The translations under genes and the position numbers were made by a program. Shown one piece after another: positions 7,279 through 17,000 of a stretch of DNA of 32,000 bases. Below the pieces are notes generated by a model. The model saw only the letters and a list, made by a program, of their open reading frames with translations, did not search any database and was not told the DNA's origin. Source of the stretch: Candidatus Saccharimonas aalborgensis (GTDB taxonomy: Bacteria > Patescibacteriota > Saccharimonadia > Saccharimonadales > Saccharimonadaceae); contig NC_021219.1 in assembly GCF_000392435.1 (NCBI RefSeq), forward strand, positions 240,001 through 272,000, written 5' to 3'. Position 1 is the stretch's first letter. Each line of letters begins with the position of its first letter.

Positions 7279-9869
7279 CGTCGACGCTTACTTTTTGGAG
7301 GATGAGCTGCCGCATATTCTTTTAACTCAATAGCAGTATGCTCTCGCCGGTCAAATACAAATAGCACCTCACGTCCATCGCGTGTAAACACGTGGTCCGG
7401 AAGTGTTTCAATAACTTCACGGCGAATGCCATGAATTTTCGGCTTGTGATTGCGGAAATCAACTTGATAACTCTTGCCGTTTATCGCGACGAATGGCCAG
7501 GCATCTTCGATGATCTTCTCCGTCTCAGGCTTACTGACATAGCGGGTGTCCAAGCCAGCTTCTTGCATGATAACCCACAGATTATCGTCAATCTGTTGCG
7601 GATCGATCACGTCTAGCGGGGTAGCCTGGTCAATCATCGCTTCGAGCTCACGCTGTGTCATTACTTTGATTGGTGTTGCTGACCGATGATTCAGCTGTTC
7701 AAGCTCTTTTTTTAGATCACGTAGTCGACGCTGCGCTGGACCAGGATGATTCATTGCGTATGCGATCACCTCACGGCGCACCTCTGGAGATGGCGTGATG
7801 GCAGTTTCTCTCAACTGATGCGTGTCTTCGCCAACAATATGCTCAATTTCTTGTCTGAGGGGTCGTCCGTTTCGCCAGACAATTCCGCCTTCGGTCCACT
7901 GCGTCATAGCGATGGCCGCGTCGCCAAGCGTGTGAAGATCAGGAAGTGCTGTCACCGACTCAATAATATCAACTGTTTCCAGTTCTCCTCGCCTTCGACG
8001 TTCCATGCGGTATGGCGAACCAACTACAAATGGTGCCTGACGTCTATCGACAACGCTCCGGTTACTCAGCTCAAATACGGTTTCATCACCTTCTTCAGTC
8101 AGGAGTCGATAGCCAATACGTCCAATTCTTCTATAGACATGTTCGATATAGCCAGCGTAAATACACGATCGTAACTCCGGTGTATGTTCATCGGTCGCCA
8201 CGATAAGTTCCTTGCCATCTACGCCCAACAGTCGACACAGCCGCTCAAATAATTCCTCAGCTCGACGAAAGTTCTTGCTATCGATACCAAGTTGCTTCAA
8301 TTGATAGTCAGTCTTTTCTCGTGTCTTTGTAAATAATTCGAGCTGCATGAGCACATCCGACGAAGACTCCTCAGCAATCTCGCGCCATTTCCGACTGGCA
8401 AATTTGTCGTAAAGAGGCAGACCTCCCGTTTCGATCACTGCCGCTATCGCTGCCACCATTGTGCGGATGTCGGTGTTCATCTGCTCGGCCTTAACCAGCA
8501 TGCGGCCTAGCTGTGGACGAACCGGGTATCGATCCATGCGCATACCTAGTTCCGTCACTTGGTTGTTGTCGTCAAGTGCTCCGAGTGTTCGTAGCGATGC
8601 TTCTCCGACCACGATGAGTTCTGGCGGCACCGGCTCTGGCGGAATATCAAGCTCAGCAAATCGTTCTCCCATAGCAGCGAGCCGTAGTATGTGACGCGAC
8701 ACATCACTTCTCAATATCTCCGGAATCTCATACTCATGGCGCTGCGCCATAGATCGAAACTCACTCTCGGCATTTGGCTTAGTTAGTACGTGTATGCCTT
8801 CGCTTAGCCTGCCACCGCGACCGCCCTGCTGCTTCAAGGCCGATTGAGAGATAGGGCGGCTAAACAATCCTTCGTGCCCACGCTTATCGATCTCAACCAT
8901 GCGCGCTTGTCCGTCGGAAATAACACAATTAATGCCGCTGATCGTCAGACTTGTTTGGGCGATATTGGTTGCGACAACAATTTTAATAGGTGGCGTACTT
9001 TCACAGGCCGCATGTTGCTCCCGCTCAGACAAACGACTATAGAGCGGGTAAATTCCCGCCTGCGTCAAGATATCCTTTGGCAATAATCGCCTGAGTTCAT
9101 CAATGAGATCCCGAATCTCACGCTGTCCCTGCTGAAATACAAGTACGCCCTTGCCCTCTGACGCATATTTTATAGTTTGCTCGAGAACCGTCGAGTTTGG
9201 CTCTTCGATATAGGTGATCGGATAGGTACGACCGGGCACCTCGATAATCGGTGGCATGGTTTCGGTTACTTCTGAGAAATACTGCTGGAGGCGCTCAGCG
9301 TCCATTGTAGCGCTAGTGATTACTAGCTTGAGGTGTGGATTACGACTCAGCTCTCTCTTATATAGCGCAAGCAAAATCGACATATTGGCATTCCACTCAT
9401 GCACTTCGTCGACAATTGCCAATACATCCTGCCTGTCGCGAGGCCTATGCAGCTGATAGACTAATTGTAGTCCGTCGGTATACATCGAGATACGCGTATT
9501 TGGCGTAATTGTACTTTTTTCGGCAGTCTGATAGCCGACGATATCGGGCGGCAACTCAGGCATAACCTGGCGGATTTCGTAACCAATACGTTCAACTACC
9601 TCACGCGCTGCGATGCGTCGTGGCTGCGTATGCTCAATAACATGTCCCATCTCTAGGCCAATCTTTGGTAGCTGCGTACTTTTGCCGCTGCCCGTCTCGC
9701 CGACCACAATCACTACCTGATTCTCACGGATAGCATCGGTGATCTGCTGTTTGTGCTCTGCAATGGGGAGATCAAAGTATTCGGGTTTGACAAACTCGCC
9801 ATACTGATACGGCGTCCAAAGTTGCCGACCGAGGGGTACTTCTTGACCGGGAGAGCGTTCTCTGCTCAT
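7275..9869 (-). CDS. DEAH/DEVH-box ATP-dependent RNA helicase, HrpA/HrpB family
   Basis: GETGSGKSTQLP, DEVHEW, SATMDAE, QGQREIRDLI, TNIAQTSLTI, QQGGRGGR motifs. Confidence 0.93.
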   Translation of the reverse strand: MSRERSPGQEVPLGRQLWTPYQYGEFVKPEYFDLPIAEHKQQITDAIRENQVVIVVGETGSGKSTQLPKIGLEMGHVIEHTQPRRIAAREVVERIGYEIRQVMPELPPDIVGYQTAEKSTITPNTRISMYTDGLQLVYQLHRPRDRQDVLAIVDEVHEWNANMSILLALYKRELSRNPHLKLVITSATMDAERLQQYFSEVTETMPPIIEVPGRTYPITYIEEPNSTVLEQTIKYASEGKGVLVFQQGQREIRDLIDELRRLLPKDILTQAGIYPLYSRLSEREQHAACESTPPIKIVVATNIAQTSLTISGINCVISDGQARMVEIDKRGHEGLFSRPISQSALKQQGGRGGRLSEGIHVLTKPNAESEFRSMAQRHEYEIPEILRSDVSRHILRLAAMGERFAELDIPPEPVPPELIVVGEASLRTLGALDDNNQVTELGMRMDRYPVRPQLGRMLVKAEQMNTDIRTMVAAIAAVIETGGLPLYDKFASRKWREIAEESSSDVLMQLELFTKTREKTDYQLKQLGIDSKNFRRAEELFERLCRLLGVDGKELIVATDEHTPELRSCIYAGYIEHVYRRIGRIGYRLLTEEGDETVFELSNRSVVDRRQAPFVVGSPYRMERRRRGELETVDIIESVTALPDLHTLGDAAIAMTQWTEGGIVWRNGRPLRQEIEHIVGEDTHQLRETAITPSPEVRREVIAYAMNHPGPAQRRLRDLKKELEQLNHRSATPIKVMTQRELEAMIDQATPLDVIDPQQIDDNLWVIMQEAGLDTRYVSKPETEKIIEDAWPFVAINGKSYQVDFRNHKPKIHGIRREVIETLPDHVFTRDGREVLFVFDRREHTAIELKEYAAAHPPKSKRRR

Positions 9870-9955
9870 ACTGCCTTTCGCCCACCCGTCACTGTTTTTA
9901 TTATGCGCCTACCGTCCAGTTGCCGGTACGGTATCTGTCCATAGTCGGTCTATTT

Positions 9956-10678
9956 CTACTCAGTTTTGCCGTCAGATGCGGGGACTTCTGCTGATTCTTG
10001 CTCGCCCTCAGCCGCCACTTCACTCTCATCTTGAGCGGCCCCGGCTGCTGCTTCGTTTGCTGCCTGAAGAGCACTTGGTTCGTAGACCGAAGCAACGACA
10101 AGGTCCATGATAGATGGTTTCTCGGTTTCCTCATCCTCATCAGCGTGTCCATCGCTATGCTCGACGATCTCAACACCCTGCGGCAGCACAATGTTGCCCA
10201 CGGTCACACGATCGCCAGCCTCGGCTAACTCAAGGATAGAAACTTCAAGCGCCTCTGGTAGATCCATCGGCAAGGCTTTGACCTCTAGTTTTTCGATGGT
10301 TTGAAGCACGACGAGGCCCGCGCGCTCAGCAGCTGACTCACCCTCGCCAACCAATCGTACTGGCACCTCAGCATGGACTGGTTCATCGGCTCTGACTGCG
10401 TGAAATGCAACATGACGAATCACACCGTGCTTTGCGGGGTCATACTCAACACTTTTTATCATAGCGATACGCTTTTTTGCACCGGTCAAATTGACAGGCG
10501 TATGCTTGCCGGCCGATGCAACCACCTTTCGCACTTCACCCGCATCAGCCTGTACCGATTGCGGCTCCATGCCGGGTCCATACACAACCGCAGGGGTCAA
10601 TCCCTGTGCACGAAGCTGTGCGACTTTCTTTCCATGTATATCGCGCGCCTCAATCTTGAGACTAATTTTATCTCCCAT
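9956..10678 (-). CDS. rplY: 50S ribosomal protein L25 / Ctc-type, long form with acidic C-terminal tail
   Basis: KIEARDIHGKKVAQLRAQGLTPAVVYGPG; C-terminal TL5-like domain, then acidic low-complexity tail. Confidence 0.92.
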   Translation of the reverse strand: MGDKISLKIEARDIHGKKVAQLRAQGLTPAVVYGPGMEPQSVQADAGEVRKVVASAGKHTPVNLTGAKKRIAMIKSVEYDPAKHGVIRHVAFHAVRADEPVHAEVPVRLVGEGESAAERAGLVVLQTIEKLEVKALPMDLPEALEVSILELAEAGDRVTVGNIVLPQGVEIVEHSDGHADEDEETEKPSIMDLVVASVYEPSALQAANEAAAGAAQDESEVAAEGEQESAEVPASDGKTE

Positions 10679-10754
10679 ACTTCTCCTTTCGGGTACCTTT
10701 TCGGAGGTAAATTGTTGTCCCTACTAGTATATCATGTCTAGGTGGTCTCTATGT

Positions 10755-10760
10755 TAGAAT
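10755..10760 (+). promoter_or_regulatory. Putative -10 box (TAGAAT) 7 nt before the DedA ATG; possible leaderless transcript
   Basis: TAGAAT at 10755-10760, ATG at 10768. Confidence 0.35.
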
Positions 10761-10767
10761 AGAGTGC

Positions 10768-11427
10768 ATGGAAGGATTCATCAATCTTATAACTGGCTTT
10801 GGGGTCTTCGCTATTCTTTTTGTGATATACGCGGAATCAGGGCTTCTGATCGGCTTTCTATTTCCTGGCGACAGCCTGCTTTTTATGTCGGGATTTCTCG
10901 TTCAACAGCAGACGCTGAATATCAACATTCATCTCTTTGTGTTTCTCCTTTTTCTCGCGGCAGCGCTGGGCGAGAGTACGGGCTATCTCTTTGGAAAAAA
11001 GGTGGGAAGAAAACTATTTGAGCGACCAAATACACGGTTCTTTCGCCGAGAAAACTTGGTTCGAACTGAGCAGTTTTACGAAAAACACGGTCCGATAGCC
11101 ATCGTGCTCGCCTGCTTTGTTCCGATCGTCCGAACGTTTGTGCCAATTGTTGCGGGTGTCAGCAAAATGAGCTATCGGCAATTTCTCCCCTACAACATAC
11201 TCGGAGCTGCACTCTGGACGGTGAGTTTCACCTACCTTGGCTACTTTGCGGGTGATTTGCTAAAAAAGATGGGGGTAAATGTCGAAATTGCAGCACTCAT
11301 CATCATCTTTCTCTCAATCTCGCCGATGCTCTACCACGCATTCAAAAGCCCCGAGCGCCGCAAAGGCTTGGTAGAAGGCACTAAGCGCGAAATCCGTATT
11401 TTACTACAACGAAATAGCAAGTCGTAA
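10768..11427 (+). CDS. DedA/SNARE-associated family membrane protein
   Basis: FPGDSLLFMSGFL, AALGESTGYLFGKKVG, FVPIVRTFVPIVAGVSKMSYRQFLPYNILGAALWT. Confidence 0.93.
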   Translation: MEGFINLITGFGVFAILFVIYAESGLLIGFLFPGDSLLFMSGFLVQQQTLNINIHLFVFLLFLAAALGESTGYLFGKKVGRKLFERPNTRFFRRENLVRTEQFYEKHGPIAIVLACFVPIVRTFVPIVAGVSKMSYRQFLPYNILGAALWTVSFTYLGYFAGDLLKKMGVNVEIAALIIIFLSISPMLYHAFKSPERRKGLVEGTKREIRILLQRNSKS

Positions 11428-11431
11428 GACA

Positions 11432-11567
11432 TGCTATAGTATTCTTGGTCCCGCGACGACACATTGACAGCCTGGCGCTCATCTTAGAAGCGATGACCGA
11501 TAATGGTGCGTAATAGCTCACTGGCCGAGTGTCTGTCGCGGGACGCTCAACACTACAGCATTTTTTT
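11432..11567 (+). ncRNA. Compact RNA element mimicking the 23S rRNA GTPase-associated centre (H42-H44)
   Basis: Extended -10 TGCTATAGT (11432-11440). 10-bp perfect clamp GTCCCGCGAC (11448-11457)/GTCGCGGGAC (11535-11544). Core 11466-11530 contains GACAGCC, CTTAGAAGC and the 17-mer GCGTAATAGCTCACTGG, then CGAGT, all in the same order and spacing as 23S. T7 run at 11561-11567. Confidence 0.8.
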
Positions 11568-14363
11568 GAGATATTTCCCCGTAAAACTGGCGGGGATTTT
11601 TGCTATCTCTTCGGGGGTGCCCTGCGCTACAATTGTACCACCCCCTTGACCGCCCTCTGGACCAAGGTCAACGATGTGGTCGGCACATTTTATCACCTCG
11701 AGATTGTGTTCGATAATGATCATTGTGTTACCACCCTCCACCAGTTTCTGCAAAATTTCAAGTAACTTTTTGACATCGTGGGTATGGAGACCGGTCGTTG
11801 GTTCATCGAGAATATAGAGTGTTTTGCCAGTACTGCGCCGACTCAGCTCGCTGGCGAGCTTGATACGCTGTGCTTCACCACCACTAAAGGTTGTGGCTGG
11901 CTGACCCAGTTTGATATAGCCGAGGCCTACCTCATTGAGCGTATCGAGTTTACGCGCGATCGAGGGTACATTGGCAAAAAACTCACAGGCTTGTTCGACT
12001 GTCATATCCAGAACATCACTGATTGTCACACCCTTATATTTTATTTCGAGCGCTTCACGGTTGTAGCGCTTGCCTTTACACTCATCACACGTTACATAGA
12101 CATCAGGAAGGAAGTGCATCTCGATCTTGATAACTCCGTCACCCTGACAATTTTCACACCGACCACCTTTGACATTGAAACTAAATCGCCCTGCTTTGTA
12201 GCCGCGAATATTGGCCTCGGGGGTACCGGCAAACAATTCACGGATTGGCGTAAATACGCCGGTATACGTCGCTGGGTTTGACCTCGGCGTACGACCAATA
12301 GCTGACTGGTCAATCACTATCGCTTTATCGAGATGCTCGATCCCCTCAATATTCTCATGTGCACCCGGAACTTCCTGCGCACGGTGAAGTCGCGCCGATA
12401 ATTCTTTGGCCAAAATATCATTGACTAGCGTCGACTTACCGCTTCCGCTTACTCCTGTCACGACCGTCAAAATACCCAGAGGAAATACGACGTCAAGATT
12501 TTTGAGATTGTTTTCTTTTGCGCCCCTGATGGTAACTGCTCGATCTTTCTGGAGCTTACGGCGCGTGCGCGGCAAGGGAATCGTTTCTTTGCCTGAAAGA
12601 TACTTCCCGGTGATACTTGCTGGATTCTCGGCAACCTCTTTTGGTGTTCCATGAGCCACAATCTGCCCGCCATGCACGCCAGCACCCGGCCCAACATCGA
12701 CGAGATAATCAGCGTGGCGAATCGTGTCTTCATCGTGTTCGACAACAAGTACCGAGTTACCGAGGTCACGCAAATGCTTGAGCGTGCCGATCAGTCGATC
12801 ATTATCGCGCTGGTGCAGTCCGATTGACGGCTCATCAAGTACATAAAGTACTCCTTGTAACCCAGAGCCTATCTGTGTCGCTAGGCGAATACGCTGCGCT
12901 TCGCCACCGCTGAGAGTGTTTGCAGCACGTGATAATTCGAGGTAACTCAGGCCAACATTACTCATAAAGCCCAGACGCGCCATGATCTCTTTGAGAATCA
13001 GCTTTGCTATCACCATTTCATCGTCAGTAAGCTTCAACGCATTAAACAGATCAATCGCATCGTCAACACCTAGATTGCAGATATCCATGATAGATAAGTC
13101 ATGTACTGTCACCGCGAGCACCACCGGTTTGAGACGAGCTCCGTGGCAGGCATGACATTCACGCTCACGCATGAACCGTTCGATGTCTTTACGCATAAAC
13201 TCGCTCTCGGTTTCTTTGTGCCGCCGCTCAAGATTCGGGATAACACCCTCGTAGGTACTATCGTAATAGCGACCACCATTCAAAGTGATTCGATATTTTT
13301 GACTCCCCGTCCCATACAAGACTTTTTGCAAATCGTCAGGATGAAGTTGTTTCACCGGCACCTGCACGCTAAACCCATGCGCTTCAGCGACTGTTGCGAG
13401 GCGTTTCATATACCAAGCATCGCTATTGACTCGGTTATACGGCCGGATGGCTCCCTCGGCAATGGTGAGATTGGGGTTAAATACAAGATCAGGATCTATC
13501 TCTAGTCGACTCCCCAGCCCCGTACAAACCGGACAAGCGCCTTGTGGTGCATTAAAACTAAATAGTCGTGGTTCCAACTCAGGTATATCCTCACCGGGAT
13601 GGTCGATACAGGCATAGCGTTGGCTAAATGTATGCAGTGTATCACTATCGGCATCGAGCAACTGCACTACACCTCCTGCGATATCAAGCGCTTGTTCGGT
13701 CGACTGCGTGACTCGACTCACGGCATCCTGACGAAGCACTAGTCGATCAACAACTACTTCAATATCGTGCTTGAAGCTTTTTTGTAGTTCTGGAAACTCG
13801 TCGAGCGCATACACAACACCGTCAACACGTACTCTTGCAAATCCGAGGCGTCGATACTGCTCAGGAATATGAGCGAACTCACCTTTTTTTTGATTTACGA
13901 TAGGAGCCAGTATCAGCAATTTACTTCCCTCAGGAAGTTTCATAATTTCATCAATAATTGCCTGAGGGGTACGACGATGAACCGCTTTGGCACAAACAGG
14001 ACAGTGCGGTACGCCAATACGAGCATAAAGCAAACGCAGGTAGTCATAGATTTCAGTAACGGTCGCAACGGTACTGCGCGGATTACGGCTCGTCGACTTT
14101 TGGTCTATCGAAATAGCTGGGCTGAGACCATCGATACTATCGACATCTGGTTTGTCCATAATCCCAAGAAATTGTCTCGCGTAGCTACTCAATGACTCAA
14201 CATAGCGACGCTGACCTTCAGCGTAGATAGTGTCAAAGACAAGCGAGGATTTACCGCTCCCGCTCAAACCAGTTACTACCACCAACTGATCTCGAGGAAT
14301 CTCCACGTCGACATTCTTCAGATTATGTTCTCTCGCACCACGAACACGAATTACTTCTGACAT
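11553..14363 (-). CDS. uvrA: Excinuclease ABC subunit A
   Basis: [41 protein letters not shown]; duplicated ABC motifs; CPVC and CENCQGDG zinc motifs. Confidence 0.97.
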   Translation of the reverse strand: MSEVIRVRGAREHNLKNVDVEIPRDQLVVVTGLSGSGKSSLVFDTIYAEGQRRYVESLSSYARQFLGIMDKPDVDSIDGLSPAISIDQKSTSRNPRSTVATVTEIYDYLRLLYARIGVPHCPVCAKAVHRRTPQAIIDEIMKLPEGSKLLILAPIVNQKKGEFAHIPEQYRRLGFARVRVDGVVYALDEFPELQKSFKHDIEVVVDRLVLRQDAVSRVTQSTEQALDIAGGVVQLLDADSDTLHTFSQRYACIDHPGEDIPELEPRLFSFNAPQGACPVCTGLGSRLEIDPDLVFNPNLTIAEGAIRPYNRVNSDAWYMKRLATVAEAHGFSVQVPVKQLHPDDLQKVLYGTGSQKYRITLNGGRYYDSTYEGVIPNLERRHKETESEFMRKDIERFMRERECHACHGARLKPVVLAVTVHDLSIMDICNLGVDDAIDLFNALKLTDDEMVIAKLILKEIMARLGFMSNVGLSYLELSRAANTLSGGEAQRIRLATQIGSGLQGVLYVLDEPSIGLHQRDNDRLIGTLKHLRDLGNSVLVVEHDEDTIRHADYLVDVGPGAGVHGGQIVAHGTPKEVAENPASITGKYLSGKETIPLPRTRRKLQKDRAVTIRGAKENNLKNLDVVFPLGILTVVTGVSGSGKSTLVNDILAKELSARLHRAQEVPGAHENIEGIEHLDKAIVIDQSAIGRTPRSNPATYTGVFTPIRELFAGTPEANIRGYKAGRFSFNVKGGRCENCQGDGVIKIEMHFLPDVYVTCDECKGKRYNREALEIKYKGVTISDVLDMTVEQACEFFANVPSIARKLDTLNEVGLGYIKLGQPATTFSGGEAQRIKLASELSRRSTGKTLYILDEPTTGLHTHDVKKLLEILQKLVEGGNTMIIIEHNLEVIKCADHIVDLGPEGGQGGGTIVAQGTPEEIAKIPASFTGKYLKKML

Positions 14364-14495
14364 GGGTCTACATTGTACAGTAGTATGTCATTTTTTTCCA
14401 GACCTTAGGCGCTATCCGTAGTGTAGATAATGCTTATAGTTGCATTATTTTGACATATTTGCTACATTGTTTTTAATTAGAAGTTGTGAAATCCT

Positions 14496-14774
14496 ATGAA
14501 CAAACGTATTCTCCTACTCATTGCTGCCGCCATCGCCCTGATCGTCCTGACACAGGGTCCGGTCGCCGACGCCCTCCTTACCTTTATTGTCACCGGTATC
14601 GTACCGGGAACAGGCGTCGCACTGCCATTTTGGGCTATTGTGACGATGAGCACGATGCTCTCTTTGATAGCTGTCGTGATTCTCGTCGATGACATCGCAC
14701 TCGATCGTCAGAAGTCAAAAGCATCCTCAAAACAGGCTACAAAAATGCCTCGTCGACGCTATAGCCATATTTAA
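14496..14774 (+). CDS. Small hypothetical membrane protein (two TM segments, basic tail)
   Basis: 92-aa ORF with two hydrophobic stretches; TTGCAT-N17-TACATT-like promoter upstream. Confidence 0.6.
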   Translation: MNKRILLLIAAAIALIVLTQGPVADALLTFIVTGIVPGTGVALPFWAIVTMSTMLSLIAVVILVDDIALDRQKSKASSKQATKMPRRRYSHI

Positions 14775-16186
14775 TCTTCGACTGGAATAATCGATTCGGC
14801 CCAAAGTTGCAACTCCTGCAGAATAAACTGACGAGATTCGTCGACTGATTTTGCAAGTCGATGATACGCAGTCATAAACTGTGGCAGTTGTGCACGGAGA
14901 CGATTTGCTCGCCACTGTTCCCAATCGTTTGTCTCTGATTCACTGAGGGTGCGCGGATAGTTTCGCGCCTTGTAGTGCAACAGAAGCGGCGTCAACCTCT
15001 CATCATTAAAATCAGGGTGGAAATCAGCAAGTTCTGATTCGGCTGCATTTCGCACCGCCTCGACACGCAGACGGTCATGATCACCGAGAAAGCTATCATA
15101 AAGCTGGCCTTCGGGGTCGGGGCAAGCTTTATAGGCCGGTTTGCTCTCATAAAGTGAACGAATATTCTCAGCAAATTCCGGATGAGCAAGCAATAGTTTT
15201 TTGTGACGCTCTATCGTTTGGGCATCGAGTTCAATTTTTTTCCATCCGTCTCCCTGTTCGAGCACTCCAAGCGGCGCAACCGCAGGAGCGCGATTATACT
15301 GAAGTTCCTTAACAGGCAGTGCCACAAACTCTGGCTTTTGACGCTCCTCCCAGGAAGCAAAAAAGGCAGTGGTCCGCTGCTTGCCAGTCATGGTCATAAA
15401 CGGTGTAGGATCGTGACGCAAATCATAGACCACTACATTGCCATTTGTGCCCGACGTCAAAGGAAAGGCCACCGTTGTCTTAGCATACGCCTTGTCATAG
15501 CGCCCGCTGGTATAGACAAATGGTTTTTTGTCGTCGAGATTGATGAGTTGTTGCACCGCCCGCTTATCGCGCATCTTTAAGAGATAGTCAAATAATTGTG
15601 GTTGGCTCGTCTTTATCAGCCGAGTAATGTCGATGAGAGCTACAACATCTGCCAAAGCATCGTGTGCGTTCTCGTGCACAATGTTATTCGCTTTTGTGAG
15701 TAGCTCCAGACGATTACTTGGCTCGCCCTTGTCGTCAGTTGGCCAAATGACACCCTCGGACCTCAGTGCGCGAGTCATACGCACCACATCGAGCATGTCC
15801 CAGCGGCTTCTGCCGTCCTGCCAACTCCAGCTATACGGGTCATGAAAGTTACGCCAGAGGAGATGGCGAATGAATTCATCGTCAAATCGAATGTTGTTGA
15901 AGCCAACCATGATCGTGTCAGGAGTCGCAATCTCCTCTGAAAACAGATTTGCAAACGCCGCCTCGCTATAGCCGTCACTGACGGTCTGCTGCGGTGTGAT
16001 TCCCGTCACCATCAGCGCATCAGGACTCGGCAGGGTATCGTCACACAGCGTCACCAAGATATTGTAGGGTTCCCCGATGAGATTGAGATTAAGATCGGTT
16101 CGCTGCCCAGCAAACTGCATGATGCGGTCCTCACGCGGGTTTAACCCGCTCGTTTCGAGATCATAAAAGAAAAATGTCTGCGCCAT
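14771..16186 (-). CDS. sbcB: Exodeoxyribonuclease I
   Basis: FFFYDLETSGLNPREDRIMQFAGQRTDLNLN; MVGFNNIRFDDEFIRHLLWRNFHDPY; HDALADV exonuclease III-type motif. Confidence 0.93.
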   Translation of the reverse strand: MAQTFFFYDLETSGLNPREDRIMQFAGQRTDLNLNLIGEPYNILVTLCDDTLPSPDALMVTGITPQQTVSDGYSEAAFANLFSEEIATPDTIMVGFNNIRFDDEFIRHLLWRNFHDPYSWSWQDGRSRWDMLDVVRMTRALRSEGVIWPTDDKGEPSNRLELLTKANNIVHENAHDALADVVALIDITRLIKTSQPQLFDYLLKMRDKRAVQQLINLDDKKPFVYTSGRYDKAYAKTTVAFPLTSGTNGNVVVYDLRHDPTPFMTMTGKQRTTAFFASWEERQKPEFVALPVKELQYNRAPAVAPLGVLEQGDGWKKIELDAQTIERHKKLLLAHPEFAENIRSLYESKPAYKACPDPEGQLYDSFLGDHDRLRVEAVRNAAESELADFHPDFNDERLTPLLLHYKARNYPRTLSESETNDWEQWRANRLRAQLPQFMTAYHRLAKSVDESRQFILQELQLWAESIIPVED

Positions 16187-16203
16187 ACTGCTACTAGTGT
16201 ATC

Positions 16204-16224
16204 AAAAAACACCCCTATAGGGTG
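16204..16224 (-). terminator. Intrinsic-type terminator at ncRNA 3' end
   Basis: Minus strand CACCC-tatag-GGGTG followed by TTTTTT. Confidence 0.7.
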
Positions 16225-16239
16225 CTATGAAGTGATAGG

Positions 16240-17000
16240 CCAAGCCGTATCAGAGAGGTGAGAGGTAGTGGTGGGGGTGCGAGATGCACCCCCACCACAC
16301 CCCTGTCGGAAGACGGTGATCACCCGTGGCGATCCCTATCTTCCGCTATTCGGTTATTGCCCGCTTATACCGGTACGGGCCCCGGGTGCCGTTGTTCAGA
16401 CGGCGGCTGTTTGCCTCTGCGGCGAGGGGGACGCGAGTCCTTGAGTGGGGTCATCCGTCGCGGAGGAGCGCTTTTCTTTGCTCCTCGTTCCTCTTGGATG
16501 CGTGCACTCTACCCTACTTTCAGCCGAAGTGGTCGAACTACTTGGTGTTGACCACCCCGGTACATCGGGTGTTACAACCGGAAGATCGGATCATCCGGGG
16601 GTCCTCCTTTCGGGGGGCGGGTCGAGGCCAGCAGACTGGGATCGGTACAGGGGTACCGATCTAGCCGAAGCCTGCGGTCGCGGAGCTAGGCTCCTTGACC
16701 ACCGGCATTCGCCAACCCCATCGCTGGGTATTGGTGCGCGGCGTCGGGTGCGCGAGGCGGTCGCCGACCTGGAACATCCCGGTCAGGAGGCTGAATCCAA
16801 TCATCCAAAGCATGAGAGGAGAAATCTCACCTCCTTTCTTTTGTAAAGTGGCTAGTATCTCTTCTCTGTGGGGCCCGAAGTGCCCCAGTTGCTCAGGGGT
16901 GATGGTAGAACCCGGGAGCTACCAAGCGACATCGGATTTCACCGATCTCGCCTCGTAGCTCCCGAGTACAATACAGAACAATTTCTCTGATACGACTTGG
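16240..17000 (-). repeat. Long-range inverted repeat forming the closing helix of the ncRNA
   Basis: Minus strand CCAAGTCGTATCAGAGA (17000-16984) pairs with TCTCTGATACGGCTTGG (16256-16240); 17 bp, one G.U. Confidence 0.8.

Noticed and set aside
11466-11533. Interpretation of the GAC-like sequence as a chance match
   Set aside because: A 17-nt identical block plus a 9-nt block and GACAGCC in correct order and spacing, on the sense strand and inside a perfect 10-bp clamp, is far beyond chance. A 23S-derived fragment origin remains possible.
11577-11595. CCCCG...CGGGG plus T-run near the end of uvrA as a terminator
   Set aside because: It is inside the uvrA coding sequence (..[15 protein letters not shown]), so this is most likely incidental to the codons, although a role for plus-strand termination cannot be excluded.
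16258-16846. Three overlapping plus-strand ORFs (16258..16551, 16326..16664, 16445..16846) that could be called genes
   Set aside because: They overlap each other in different frames, are Arg/Gly/Ser-rich low-complexity translations of GC-rich structured DNA, lack homology-like motifs, and run antisense to a unit with a consensus promoter and terminator.
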